Of a stretch of DNA of 64,000 nucleotides, positions 1 to 11,720 are shown piece by piece; within the stretch, counting starts at the first letter, position 1, and every line of letters starts with the position of its first letter. The DNA is from Azolla caroliniana (lineage: Eukaryota > Plantae > Polypodiophyta). A model generated the notes under the pieces. That model worked only from the letters and a program-made list of their open reading frames with translations, was not told the origin of the DNA and did not search any database. The translations under genes were made by a program, and so were the position numbers. Where the stretch lies: contig JBHGNT010000013.1 of assembly GCA_043228905.1 (NCBI GenBank), forward strand, positions 3,658,001 through 3,722,000. The letters are read 5' to 3'.

Positions 1-800
1 GCACTTGGAGAAGTGCACTGATTGTCTGGCTGGTAAGCAAAACCGGACCTCCTTCTGACCAAGGCCACTGATAAGACGTAATGCACCACTGGAGTTGGTG
101 CATACAGATGTGTGTCAAGTAGACACGAAGTCACATGCCGGAGCGCAGTACTTCGTGACGTTCATAGATGACCACAGCCGGAAGCTGTGGGCCGCACCGT
201 TGAAGACGAAGGATCAGGTGTTATCCGTCTTCAAAGAGCTCCACGCGAGAGTGGAAAGAGAAACCGGCCGGAAGCTGAAGGCGGTTCGAGCAGATAACGG
301 AGGAGAATACCGGGGCCAGTTCGAGGAGTACTGCCGCTCGAAGGGGATCCGGCTCGAATTTAACATGCCGAAGACGCCGGAACTAAACGGACTGGCCGAG
401 AGGATGAACCGGACCATAATGGAGAGGGTCCGGAGTATGCTAGCGCATGCAAAACTACCCAAGAAGTTTTGGGCTGAGGCATTGTCGACGACGACATATG
501 TTGTGATAAATAGATCACCCTCAGTACCCTTGGACGGAGACACGCCACAGAGAGTATGGACCGGTAAGGAAGTATCTTACCGGCATTTGAAGGTGTTCGG
601 GTGTCTCGCGTACGTGCATGTAGCTAAGGACCGGCAAGGAAAGTTAGATCCAAAGACCCGGCCATGCATATTCCTCGGTTACGGTGACGATGAGTTTGGC
701 TACCGAGTGTGGGACCCAGTCGACAAGAAGCTATTCCAGAGTTGAGATATTATCTTCATGGAGGACAAGACGCTCGCCGACTGGGAGTCGGAGAAGAAGA
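1..800 (+). pseudogene. copia integrase (rve) fragment
   Basis: ORF 95-745 with rve DDE motifs and the downstream KLDPK..PCIFLGY..GYRVWDP segment; in-frame stops on both sides. Confidence 0.9.
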
Positions 801-877
801 TAATGAGCTCCGAGTCGACTGGTAAGGATAGACTCTACAATGAACAGACCCAACCGGCAAGAGACCGGTTAGCACGC

Positions 878-2014
878 TGTCGTGAAGATTTTCGGCAATA
901 GTGTGAAAATCCTATAAAACGTACAAAATCGAGTATAAATCACATAATACAATAATTGTGAAGATAACATTTTTAATAAATTTAATATCTAAGTACAAAA
1001 TGATGGAGGTTTCAAATGCACTTTATTACACGAGAAACGGACAACTAAATGTCAAGATATGAGGGTATAAAGTTTGTGAAAGGAAAAGAGAAAATTGTGA
1101 GATATCCCACATAGGCACGACAAATACGGCTCTCATCATATATAAGGTGGAGCAAAAGATATTATCTTTGTGTCTATGTGTGGAGCATAGAGAGTTCAAG
1201 GTAACTTGAACTAAGAGTAGAGGTGGGCTAGCTACTCGTAAAGGGTTTTGGCCAACTAAAACCGGACCGGTGATGGAGCCGGTGATCCGGCGGCAATCCG
1301 GTGACGGTGAGACACCGGCATCTGACAGCAATTCGGCGACGACACCGGTAACCGACGGCATCCGGCGAGGCACCGATAACCGACGGCGGCACCGGTATCC
1401 GGCAACGGCATCCGACGACATCCGACTAACCGGCGTCCGGCGACTAGATAAATAAATATATAAATATATATACATATACAAGGAGGGCAAAGAAGGATTC
1501 GAACCTTGCACCTCCAAGCTAGGAATCAACTGGCTTACCATTAAGCCATGCTATTTAGTTCAATTTTTATTTCTATCATTATACTTTTACATGTAAATTC
1601 TCATACATGAGAGCTAAAATGAGTGACATGGTTATCATGCACCACATGTAATACATAAGTGCCAAATGGCAAACATGCAATTTATGCATGTCTTGTACCC
1701 TCACATGCATCATATGCATGAGAGCATCTATAAAAGAAGGAAGGGGGAGGAGAAAAAACACGGTTTTTTTATGAAAATTAAGAGGAAGAAATTCATTATG
1801 AAATTGATCGTGTAACTTGTTTCTTAAATCTAAAGTTAAAAGTTCAATCAATCTCTCTCAATCGTGTAATCTCAACTTCTCTCTTTCCCAATCTATCTTA
1901 AGTAGTTTCTCGCTAAAGCTTGCGCCAAAGCTTGTACCGACTTTGAATCCTTCCGGTCCAGAACCCCGACGGTTCCGCCTCACGATCCGCACGTAGTGAC
2001 GGATCTTCACGACA
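878..2014 (+). repeat. 5' LTR of gypsy element
   Basis: TG...CA ends with 12-bp terminal inverted repeat; near-identical to 7806-8858 except for extra copies of a GC-rich internal repeat. Confidence 0.95.
1485..1555 (-). promoter_or_regulatory. tRNA-derived sequence (Pol III A and B boxes) inside the gypsy 5' LTR
   Basis: Minus strand reads CATGGCTTAATGGTAAGCC...GCAAGGTTCGAATCCTT: A box TGGCTTAATGG with D-stem GCTT/AAGC, B box GGTTCGAATCC with T-stem; acceptor and anticodon stems degenerate. Confidence 0.7.
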
Positions 2015-2022
2015 TAATAAAG

Positions 2023-2039
2023 TGGTGAACCCGACGTGA
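2023..2039 (+). other. Primer binding site complementary to the 3' end of tRNA-Trp
   Basis: TGGTGAACCCGACGTGA 8 nt after the 5' LTR is the reverse complement of the plant tRNA-Trp 3' end (TCACGTCGGGTTCACCA). Confidence 0.8.
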
Positions 2040-2075
2040 ACGAGGCGGTAGGAAGGATCAAGTCGAGATTAATAC

Positions 2076-4272
2076 TTGGAGATGGCGTCCTCAAGCAACG
2101 AAGCAGGAGAGCTCGAAAGGATGATGCTAATCGTCGAACAAATGATGAGATCTCGGGACAACGACGCGAGCGTGGAGAAGGTTGTCGATCGTGTCGTAGA
2201 GCTCGAGGGCCAATTTGATGGAAGGAACTATACGAAGTTCCTTGATGGATATAGAAGGGAGATGAATCAGAGGGACGTGTCGGAGGCGTGTCAAATCGCA
2301 AGCTTCAAGAGAGTTGTCACCAACAACATCCAAAGACGCGTCATCGAGCTTCAAGAAGGTAAGACAACATGGTCTGAGTTCGAGAAAATGATACTAGCGG
2401 AGTTCGTGACTGAAGACTCAACGAGGATGACTCGACATGCCCTGATGAAGTGGATAGAGAAGAAGAATAAGAAGATGAGCGTCTCGAGGGTGTACGACGA
2501 ATTCGACCAGATGTTTAGTCGTCTCCCCAATACGAACCAAGTGTTGCTTGAAGAGGACAAGACTTTGTACTTCTTGAAGGCCGTGGACATAAAGGATAGA
2601 TGGGAGTTGGGAACTCTTCTCGAAGATGATACCCAAGCAAATGGGCTCGTAGCGGGCTGGATCGCGGTGAAGTGGGCATGCAATAGGCTCGACAAGCGTC
2701 GCCAATGGGTTGATGACACCGACTTGACGGGATCGACTACCATGGAGAAAGCAAGACCGCCGAAAGTAGCTGAGCCGCCAAGACAAAGTAACGTGGAAGA
2801 AAAGAAGATTGATGACGACATCATTGAAGAGCTAGCGAAGAAGTTCGAGAAGGTCACGCTAGCCAACATGAATCGTCGGGGCCCTAAAGGAAAAGAACCC
2901 TTTAGATGCGTGTGGTGCAATAGCATGGACCACTTGAGAAGGGATTGTGCGAGCCTTCGAGAGACAAAATATCGTATACATAGAGGACAACATGATCTGC
3001 TCAAGCGAGACTAGAAGACCCCTACGGGTGAATTTCGGAAGAGGAGGAATGAAGAGATCTATGGAGGATGCCGATGCGACTCATGTGGATGCGATGCACT
3101 ATGCTGCGTCGGCCGGAATAAGAGTCGGGAAAGACAAGACTGAAGCTGCTAGAGCGGGAGCAAAGTTTTGGACTTCCGTTCTCGAATATGAGAAGAAGGG
3201 AAAAATCACATCGAACGAGGTACAGCTTGCGGACCGAAGCGTGCAAAGTATAACCGGGTGGTCGGATCCAGTGGACGACAACACCATACTCGCAGAGGTG
3301 ATGTGCGACAACCACGAGGTGTTCGTTGAAGAAAAGAGAAAGAGAATAGAAGAGCAAGGCCCATCTAAAAGACATGAAACAAGGAATGCGAAAAAGAAGG
3401 ACGATGCGGAGACGAGTCGACCTTTACAATCGGAGGAACGAGAATCAAGCCGAAAAGGGGAGCCGAGCATACAAGTTGAAGAAACAATGCGGCCCGTGAA
3501 GGTTGGTGTCGAAGACCCCGCTCGGAGGACTAGGACTATACCTACCTATAAGCTAAGGTCGGACATAGAGCAGACAACGGACCTAAAGAAGATTCTCGAA
3601 GAACGAGTTCTTGATAGCCACGTAACTTTTTCCTTGAGGAAATTGCTTGGCATTACGAAGAAGGAGTTCCATGACATGATCGTGGACCTTGTAAAGAGAA
3701 AGAGACAACAATCGGATGAGGAAGAAGAGAGGCCGCACAAAGCAAAAACGAATGCCATAACGATGGCAAGAGACGAAATCGATGAAGATATGGTGGACAG
3801 CCACTACACTCGACCTCATTGGGCACGAGCGACAACGGAGACGCCGGTGAAGATCGGGGAGAAGAAAGAGACCGTCGTAGCCTTGATCGACCACGGCTCG
3901 GAGATCAACCTCATGTCAACCGACTTCTACAAAAAGGGAAGGTGGCCAATCAATACAAACCACGGATGGAAGATTCGTGCGGCAACTAAGTCTACGGAGA
4001 ACTTGTATGGAGCTTGTCCCAATATCAAAGTCACGATCGGGGATGTGGAGATGGATCAACACTTCTTCGTACAAGAATCGGCGTCGCATCCTGTCATCCT
4101 AGGGCAACCTTATATCACATCATCTCGGATGGAGACCAAAGTGTTCGATAATGGAGCAACCTTCGCACGAATAAAGAGTCTTGACAACCAAAGATCGGTC
4201 CAATTCCTAACGGTGCGAGCCAATCATGAAAGGAATCGAGATAGTCTCGGAGATGAATCCTCGGATTTTTAG
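2076..4272 (+). pseudogene. gypsy gag plus aspartic protease (one frameshift near 2950-2965)
   Basis: ORFs 2076-3014 (zinc knuckle CVWCNSMDHLRRDC) and 2947-4272 (protease ALIDHGSEINLM, VILGQPY). Confidence 0.85.
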
Positions 4273-7200
4273 AGCGGACTATTGAAGCATGGGGCACAAA
4301 TAGTCCGAGCAATCACAAGAAAAGAAGAGTGCGTGGATTGCGAGGAGAAGCAACATGTGTCACACCTAGTGGCGCATGTAAACTAGTACTACCCGACAAG
4401 AAGCACAAGCACCGGATACAAGAGTTCGAGAAGATGTTGAAAGAAGAGAACATAATAGAAGAAAGAGAGTTCGTGACTCATATTATGGAAGAAGCCTCAT
4501 TTAACGACACCATCGGCGAAATCGAGGACGTCGTGGACTTGAGCTATCTTCACAACCAACGCGTGATTTCGGTTAACTCCGTCAACATGTACGCTATCAT
4601 CGATGAATACCGTTGTGGCATCTCGATGAAGGTAGCTGACATCAACACGAAATATAAAACGGTGGATAAGAAGATCAAGCCAGTTGCGGTTCCGCTACCG
4701 GAAGATAGTTGGCAAAAGATGAAGGAAGTCGCTAACGATCCAAGCTTAAGAGATCCGAAGAAGATAGGTCATGTCTTCACCAAAGAGACGAAGGTGAAGC
4801 TATGAGTTGGAAAGGAGGATTTCCTTCTCCCTGAAGAGGAGCAAATGTTTCGCGATATGCTTGAGAGACATGGGAAGGCTTTCGCATTCTTCCCACGAGA
4901 AATCGGATGCGCCGACCTAAAGGTTATAGAGCCGATGGTGATCTTCACGGTGCCTCATGTGCCTTGGAATTTGAAACCGAAACCGGTTCCGAGAGCACAC
5001 CTTCCGAAGCTGATCGAGCTCTTAAAGGAGAAGGTGAGTATGGGAATTCTAGAACCGTCGAATGCTCCTTATTCCAATAGGTGGTTCACGGTGCCGAAAA
5101 AGAATGGATCATTGCGATTCATCCAAGATCTTCAACCCGTCAACAAGGTGACAATTCGAAATGCCGGAATCGGTCCAAGCGTGGACGAATTTGCCAAAGC
5201 GTTTGCAGGCCGGTCCATCTACTCCATTGGCGATCTCTACTCCGGATATGACCAATTCCAATTGGCGATTGACAGTCGGGACATTACAACCATGAGGACT
5301 CCGATCGGGCTTGTGCGGATGTGTACCTTACCCCAAGGCGCAATGAACTCGGTGGCTCATATGGTGAATGCCATGAATAAAGTCTTGAAGGATTGCATTC
5401 CGGACATCACGATGCCATTCTTGGATGATATTCCGATAAAAGGATGTTCGGATGAGGAGAAAGATGAATCAAAAGATAAGGAAGGTTGTAGAAAGTTCGT
5501 TGCGGATCATATGAAAGATTGCGAGAAGGTGCTTCAAAGGCTCGAAGATGCGAATTTGACATTTTCGGGAGAAAAATCCGCATTCAGGCAACCAGAGATC
5601 TTGGTGGTAGGTCACTTGTGTGGAGCATACGGCCGGAAGCCCTCGCCATCCAAAGTGAACGCAATCCAAGACATGAAAGAAGAATGCGAAAACCAAACGG
5701 AGGTTTGAAGGTTCCTTGGAGCGTGCGCGTTTTATCATATATGGATTCCTCACTACGCTGATGTCGCCGAACCGTTATATGGACTACTAAAGAAAAGAAT
5801 AAAGTTCGAATGGCGAGACGAGCACACAAAGGCGATGCAAAGATTAAAGAAACTGCTTCTTGAAGCTCTGGCACTAAGGAAGGCCGACTATGCCGAAGGG
5901 AAACCAATTTATGTGACGGTAGATACGAGCCCAACTGGAATCGGGTGGGTCATTAATCAAGAAGGTGAAGATAATGCGCGATATGCCATCCGGTTTGGAG
6001 CAAAGGTTCTCAGCGAACGGCAACAAAGATATGCCCAAGTCAAGCGGGAACTTTGGGGTATTGTGTCGGTAGTGAAGACGGACAAAGATTACCTGATCGG
6101 GTCAGAAGTGATAATAGAGACAGATTGTCTCCCAATTCTCGGAATGGTCTCGGGATGTGCGACCCCAGATCTTGCTATGCTAAGGTGGATCGCCTACATC
6201 AAGTCTTTAAACCCAGAGATCCGTCACATTGCAGGGAAGAAGAACGCCATGGTTGACATGCTGTCGAGGGCAAGATTTTCAAATGGAAGTAACATGGTTT
6301 CGGAAGATGAAGATGTCGCCCTCGACTTCTTCAAGATGGCTCGATTGTCGGCGGAAGACCAGGACACGCAAACCCTCCATGCCTTCAACGAGAACAAGTA
6401 TGAAGGGGAGTGGTTACTCATCGGTAGATTCCTAAGAACATTGGCGACAAATGCTTCGTTGACAAAGGAGGAGGCCCTACGAATCCGAAAGAAAGCTTAC
6501 TGATACTTCTTGAAGGAAGGATTCCTTTGGCGACATCCTAAAAGAAGGACAGGAATACCACGTCGAGTGGTGGTAAAGAAAGAAGAGCAAGAGATGCTCA
6601 TGACCGAATTCCACGAGAGTGCTTGGGCAGGTCATAGAGGAACATGGGCGACATTCGAAAAGTTGAAGGAGAAGTATTGGTGCTTGAAGGAGAAGATGTA
6701 CTCCACATGCAAAACTTGCCAAGTATATTCAAATATACGTCATCGTGATGAGTTAAAGCCGACATACCCACTCACCATACACTTCAAATGGCTGGTGGAT
6801 CTAGTCTCGATTCCAATGGGAGTGGGACAAATGAAGTACTTAGCGCTGGCAAGGGAAGACTTGACAAATCAAGTGGAAGGACGAGCCTTGACAAATAAGA
6901 CGACTTCAGTCGTTTGCAAATTTCTACTTGAAGATGTTGTTTGCCGATATGGATGTGTAGGGAAGATAGTGGCTGACCGAGGGGAGTTGGACGCGCACGA
7001 AGCGACGAAGCTCTTCGAAAGACTAGGCGTGAAGCTCTCCCTCACGACTGCCTACAATCCGGAAGCAAATGGGAAGATTGAGCGAGGGCATGGACCTATC
7101 GTTAAAGCCATCGTACGGGCATGCAATGGTCGAGTCGGGAATTGGCCACGACTATTACCCTATGCCTTGTGGGCCGATAGAACGACACATAGCTGGGTGA

Positions 7201-7733
7201 CAGGGTATATGCCGACGGAGCTTATGTATGGACAAAAGCCGATTATGCCCATCGAAAGGACGATCGCCTCATGGGTAGCGATACCGTGGGAGAACGAGAT
7301 GAGCCAAGAAGAGTTATTAGCGGCGCGGATAAGGCAACTTGAAAGAAGACCTGAAGATTTAGAAAAAGCGCGAAAGATGATAAAGGCAGCCCGAGTAAAG
7401 AACAAGGTTCGGTTCGACAACACGCATCGACTTCATCCCAAGAAGATTGAAGAAGGGGATTGGGTTTTGGTTTACGATAGCACCCTTGACAATCAACACA
7501 GTACAACAAGGAAATTCGCAAGAAGATGGTTCGGGCCGTATGTGGTGACAAGTGCCAACGATAATTCCACATACCACCTTGCGGAACTAGACGGATCAAG
7601 GTTGGTCGTACCCATTGTGGGAAAAAGAATAAAGATTTTCAAGAAAAGACAAGACAAGGATCCTGACCTCGATTACCTTGACGATGAACATAACAGGGCG
7701 GATGAAAATGAAGACATGGAGGAATCTAATTGA
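4263..7733 (+). pseudogene. gypsy pol (RT-RNase H-integrase), -1 frame relative to gag-PR, three in-frame TGA stops
   Basis: RT motifs NRWFTVPKKNG, DLYSGYDQ, LPQG, FLDDI; RNase H DTSPTGIGW, ETDCLPI; integrase zinc finger GHRG..C..C, ADRGE, YNPEANGKIERGH; stops at 4803, 5706, 6501. Confidence 0.92.
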
Positions 7734-7805
7734 TCATCGTAGCCGAAATCTCACTTTCTCTCTTCTTGGCACGTACCGGAGGACGTGCGGTTTGGTGGGG
7801 GTGGA

Positions 7806-8858
7806 TGTCGTGAAGATTTTCGGCAATAGTGTGAAAATCCTATAAAACGTACAAAATCGAGTATAAATCACATAATACAATAATTGTGAAGATAACATTT
7901 AAAATAAATTTAATATCTAAGTACAAAATGATAGAGGTTTCAAATGCACTTTATTACACGAGAAACGGACAACTAAATGTCAAGATATGAGGGTATAAAG
8001 TTTGTGAAAGGAAAAGAGAAAATTGTGAGATATCCCACATAGGCACGACAAATACGGCTCTCATCATATATAAGGTGGAGCAAAAGACATTATCTTTGTG
8101 TTTATGTGTGGAGCATAGAGAGTTCAAGGTAACTTGAACTAAGAGTAGAGGTGGGCGAGCTACTCGTAAAGGGTTTTGGACAACTAAAACCGGACCGGCG
8201 ATGGAGCCGGTGATCCCACGGCAATCCGGCGACGACACCGGTAACCGACGGCATCCGACTAACCGGCGTCCGGCGACTAGATAAATAAATATATAAATAT
8301 ATATATACATATATACATATACAAGGAGGGCAAGGAAGGATTCGAACCTTGCACCTCCAAGTTAGGAATCAATTGGCTTACCATTAAGCCATGCTATTTA
8401 GTTCAATTTTTATTTTTATCATTGTACTTTTACATGTAAATTCTCATACATGAGAGCTAAAATGAGTGACATGGTTATCATGCACCACATGTAATACATA
8501 AGTGCCAAATGGCAAACGTGCAATTTATGCATGTCTTGTACCCTCACATGCATCATATGCATGAGAGCATCTATAAAAGAAGGAAGGGGGAGGAGAAAAA
8601 ACACGGTTTTTTTTATGAAAATTAAGAGGAAGAAATTCGTTATGAAATTGATCGTGTAACTTGTTTCTTAAATCTAAAGTTAAAAGTTCAATCAATCTCT
8701 CTCAATCGTGTAATCTCAACTTCTCTCTTTCCCAATCTATCTTAAGTAGTTTCTCGCTAAAGCTTGCACCAAAGCTTGTACCGACTTTGAATCCTTCCGG
8801 TCCAGAACCCCGACGGTTCCGCCTCACGATCCGCGCGTAGTGACGGATCTTCACGACA
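7806..8858 (+). repeat. 3' LTR of gypsy element
   Basis: Preceded by PPT GGTGGGGGTGGA; direct repeat of 878-2014; carries the same tRNA-like box at about 8328-8398 (minus). Confidence 0.95.
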
Positions 8859-8999
8859 ACGCGAGGAGCCAGCCGGTTACGGTGAGGATATCGAACCGGC
8901 AGAAGAATAAGTAGAGGAAGCCGAAACCGGAACCGGCCAAGGCACCGAATCAGATTCGGATGAAGAGCAAATGGAGGAGCCAGTTACCGAAGCCCGAAG

Positions 9000-9833
9000 A
9001 CGGAGATATCCTCTCAGAGAGAGAAGGGCCCCCTAGAGATTTCCGGATGCAGAGCATGTTCTGCTGACCGATGAGGGGGAGCCGGAAAGCTTCGAAGAAG
9101 CGAAGGATGACACCCACAGCCAAAAATGGTTAAGTGCCATGCAGGACGAGATGGATTCCCTGCATGAGAACCATACGCACGAATTGGTGGAGTTGCCGAA
9201 AGGAAAGCGGGCACTCCGAAACAAGTGGGTGTACAAGTTGAAACCGGGAGATGCAGCAACCCCCCGAGATACAAAGCCAGGATCGTGGTTAAGGGGTTCC
9301 AGCAGAAGAAGGGTGTAGACTTCGACGAGATATTTGCCCCGGTAGTAAAGATGACCTCCATCTGGACGGTGCTGAGTATAGCAGCAAGCATGGACCTCGA
9401 GGTAGAGCAGCTGGACATGAAGACGACATTCCTTCACGACGACGTTGTTTCGTGGCAGTCGAGGCTGCAGAAGACGGTTGCATTGTCAACCACGGAGGCA
9501 GAGTACATGACAGCTGTGGAAGCCGGCAAGGAAATCTTATGGATAAAGGACTTCATCGGAGAGCTCGGTATCCGGCAAGATGAATACCGGCTCTATTGCG
9601 ATAGTCAAAGTGCCATCCATCTTGCTAAGAATGCAGCCTACCATTCCCGGACGAAGCATATACAACGAAGATATCACTGGATCCGGGAAAGAGTAGAGGA
9701 CCAGGAGTTCGCACTGACGAAGATCCACATGGCCGAGAACGGGTCAGATATGCTGACCAAAGTTCTGGTACCCGACAAGCTGGATGCATGCCGGAAGAGG
9801 ATCGGTCTAGTAAGACACTCCATGCCGGAGTGA
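9000..9833 (+). pseudogene. copia RT (core deleted) and RNase H
   Basis: EPESFEEA..KWLSAMQDEM, KARIVVKGF..DFDEIFAPVVK, then a jump from FLHD to VSWQSRLQKTVALSTTEAEY, i.e. an internal deletion. Confidence 0.88.
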
Positions 9834-9917
9834 AGGGGGAGTTTGTTGGGAGACAGGTCCCTCCTGATGGGAAGGGAGAAGAACAGTGCTGATAAGCAAA
9901 CTCGGCCGAGGCCGAAA

Positions 9918-10150
9918 CCGGATGACGAGTACCCGGTTACGAAGAGCCGGATGGTGCAGACCCGATGAAGACCGGATGAGGAGTACCCGGCTACGGAGAG
10001 CCGGATGGTGCAGACCCAGTGAAGACCGGATGACGAGTACCCGGCTACGGAGAGCCAGATGGTGCAGACCCGGTGAAGACCGGATGAGGAGTACCCGACT
10101 ACGGAGAGCCGGATGGTGCAGACCCGGTGAGGAATGCTCACCGGATGAAG
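9918..10150 (+). repeat. 54-bp tandem repeat (about 4.3 copies) in the copia 3' LTR
   Basis: Unit CCGGATGASGAGTACCCGGCTACGGAGAGCCGGATGGTGCAGACCCGGTGAAGA starts at 9918, 9972, 10026 and 10080. Confidence 0.9.
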
Positions 10151-10644
10151 AGACATATTCGTAAATATGTTTCTGAGAGTCCATCGAGGCTATATTTGTA
10201 AATAGCCGAAAAGTCATATTAGTATAAATATGACTTAGGGCAAACTTTTAGATCACTGTTGTTGTTGTTGTTGTCATTTTCTTGTTGGTGCAAGGAGATA
10301 GAGCGCGTAACTGTGTACAGAGAGAGAGAGAGAGAAAGAGGTCGTTGCCTCTGTTGTAACCGCCGCCTGTGGCGAAGATCGTGAGCGTGAGGTCATTGCC
10401 TCCGTGAGCTCACTGTTTGTACATTCGTGACATAGTGATAGTTAGCAGGCAGTGGACTACCGTGGTTTTTTTTCCCTCTCAGGGTTTTCCACATTAAACA
10501 TCCTGCGTACTCTTCTCTCCATTGGTTCGTGCATTTTATTTCCCGTTTTCTGTGTATGATTCTAAGCTCGGTTGTGGCCGAGCGTTGCACATAAGGAGCG
10601 TTTTAGTTCCCGTCAGGGCCTAAGGTTCACATTCGAGTCTATGT

Positions 10645-11720
10645 TCATGACAGAGTGCCCTTTTTACAACCTTTCACAATAACCATAGATCCTTTCTTAA
10701 GTTTCCACAATCCACCACCGAATAATGTAGTGTAACCATGCAAATCCATCTGTCCTACAGGTAGCAAACTTTTCTTAATGCTAGGTACATACCTGACATC
10801 TTTGAGCACGAGCTCTTGACCATTATCCAAAGACAAGTGTGTGGTGCCAATACCATCAATATTGCAAGCACTATTGTTACCAAAATAAACTTTTCCATAA
10901 CTTCCTGCATCAAATGTAGTAAAGCACTCCAAACATGGAGTAACATGAAAAGAAGCTCCAAAGTCTACTATCCATGTCTGTGTGAATCCATCATCGATTG
11001 ATAATAAAGCATCAATAGCATCTATTTTGGTGATTCGCATGTATCGAACATGAGCTATGAAGGCATCACCTGTAATACAAAGTACATCACCATCTTCACC
11101 AGATAGGTCTTCAATGATAACATTTGAAGCCATATTAGCTTTCTCTGTTCTATTAAACTTATCATTTTTGTTTTGTTCTCTCCTACATTCTTCTTCCTTT
11201 CTAGTTCCATCTTCAAATATCTACAATCAGGTTTCTTATGAGCTTTATGGCCACACTGATAACATGTGATATTTTGTTGCTTTCCTTTCCCTCTACTCTT
11301 CTATTTCTCTGTCCTACATTTGGGTTCATTTTATCATATCTCCCCCTAATATTGTATGTTGAACCATTACCTTCTCCGCTATATTGTCTTCTAATCTCTT
11401 CATTGAGAATAGAGCCCCACACACCATCGAAGGTCAAGTTGGGGCTATTAGACAGTGAAACAACTAATGTTTCCCAAGTATCGGGTAAAGTCATAAGTAA
11501 GAAGATATCTTTGAGCTTGTCATCTTTTCTTGTAAACAATGAGGGGCATGCATTGTCTATGAGCTTTAAGTACATCTTTTCTTGTGATTCACTTGCATTA
11601 CTAGCAATTCCTACATATTATATGAGTTTTTTATGCGAGGATTGCTACCAATGGTACACACTAGTGGCCAGTGAGGAAAAATCATTTATGCTCATCCAGT
11701 TATTGAGGTAATAATCATAC
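10645..11720 (-). pseudogene. copia gag-protease relic
   Basis: FLLMTLPDTWETLVVSLSN (UBN2-type gag), zinc-knuckle remnant, protease WIVDFGASFHVT, LKDVRYVPSIKKSLL. Confidence 0.85.

Larger units (their letters stand above)
878..8858 (+). mobile_element. Full-length Ty3/gypsy LTR retrotransposon (non-chromovirus, Phygy/Selgy-like), pol interrupted by stops
   Basis: Two LTRs bounded by TGTCGTGAAGAT...ATCTTCACGACA; ACGC duplicated at 874-877 and 8859-8862; gag-PR-RT-RH-INT order; PBS and PPT present. Confidence 0.95.
1..10620 (+). mobile_element. Ty1/copia LTR retrotransposon (Tnt1-like), 5'-truncated by the window and interrupted by a gypsy insertion at 878-8858
   Basis: Integrase motifs VHTDVC, FIDDHSRK, VRADNGGEY, TPELNGLAERMNRT (95-745); RT start and RNase H (YCDSQSAIHLAKN, RTKHI) at about 9000-9833; PPT GAAGGGGGAG then LTR starting TGTTGGG at 9844. 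Right end approximate. Confidence 0.9.

Noticed and set aside
1485-1555. Functional tRNA gene (also 8328-8398 and 58645-58715)
   Set aside because: Acceptor and anticodon stems do not pair; only the A/B boxes and D/T arms remain.
1026-7599. Numerous minus-strand ORFs over the gypsy LTR, gag and pol
   Set aside because: They are antisense shadows of coding sequence or GC-rich LTR repeats with no independent motifs.
9674-10217. Repetitive ORFs in the copia 3' LTR
   Set aside because: They are translations of the 54-bp tandem repeat.
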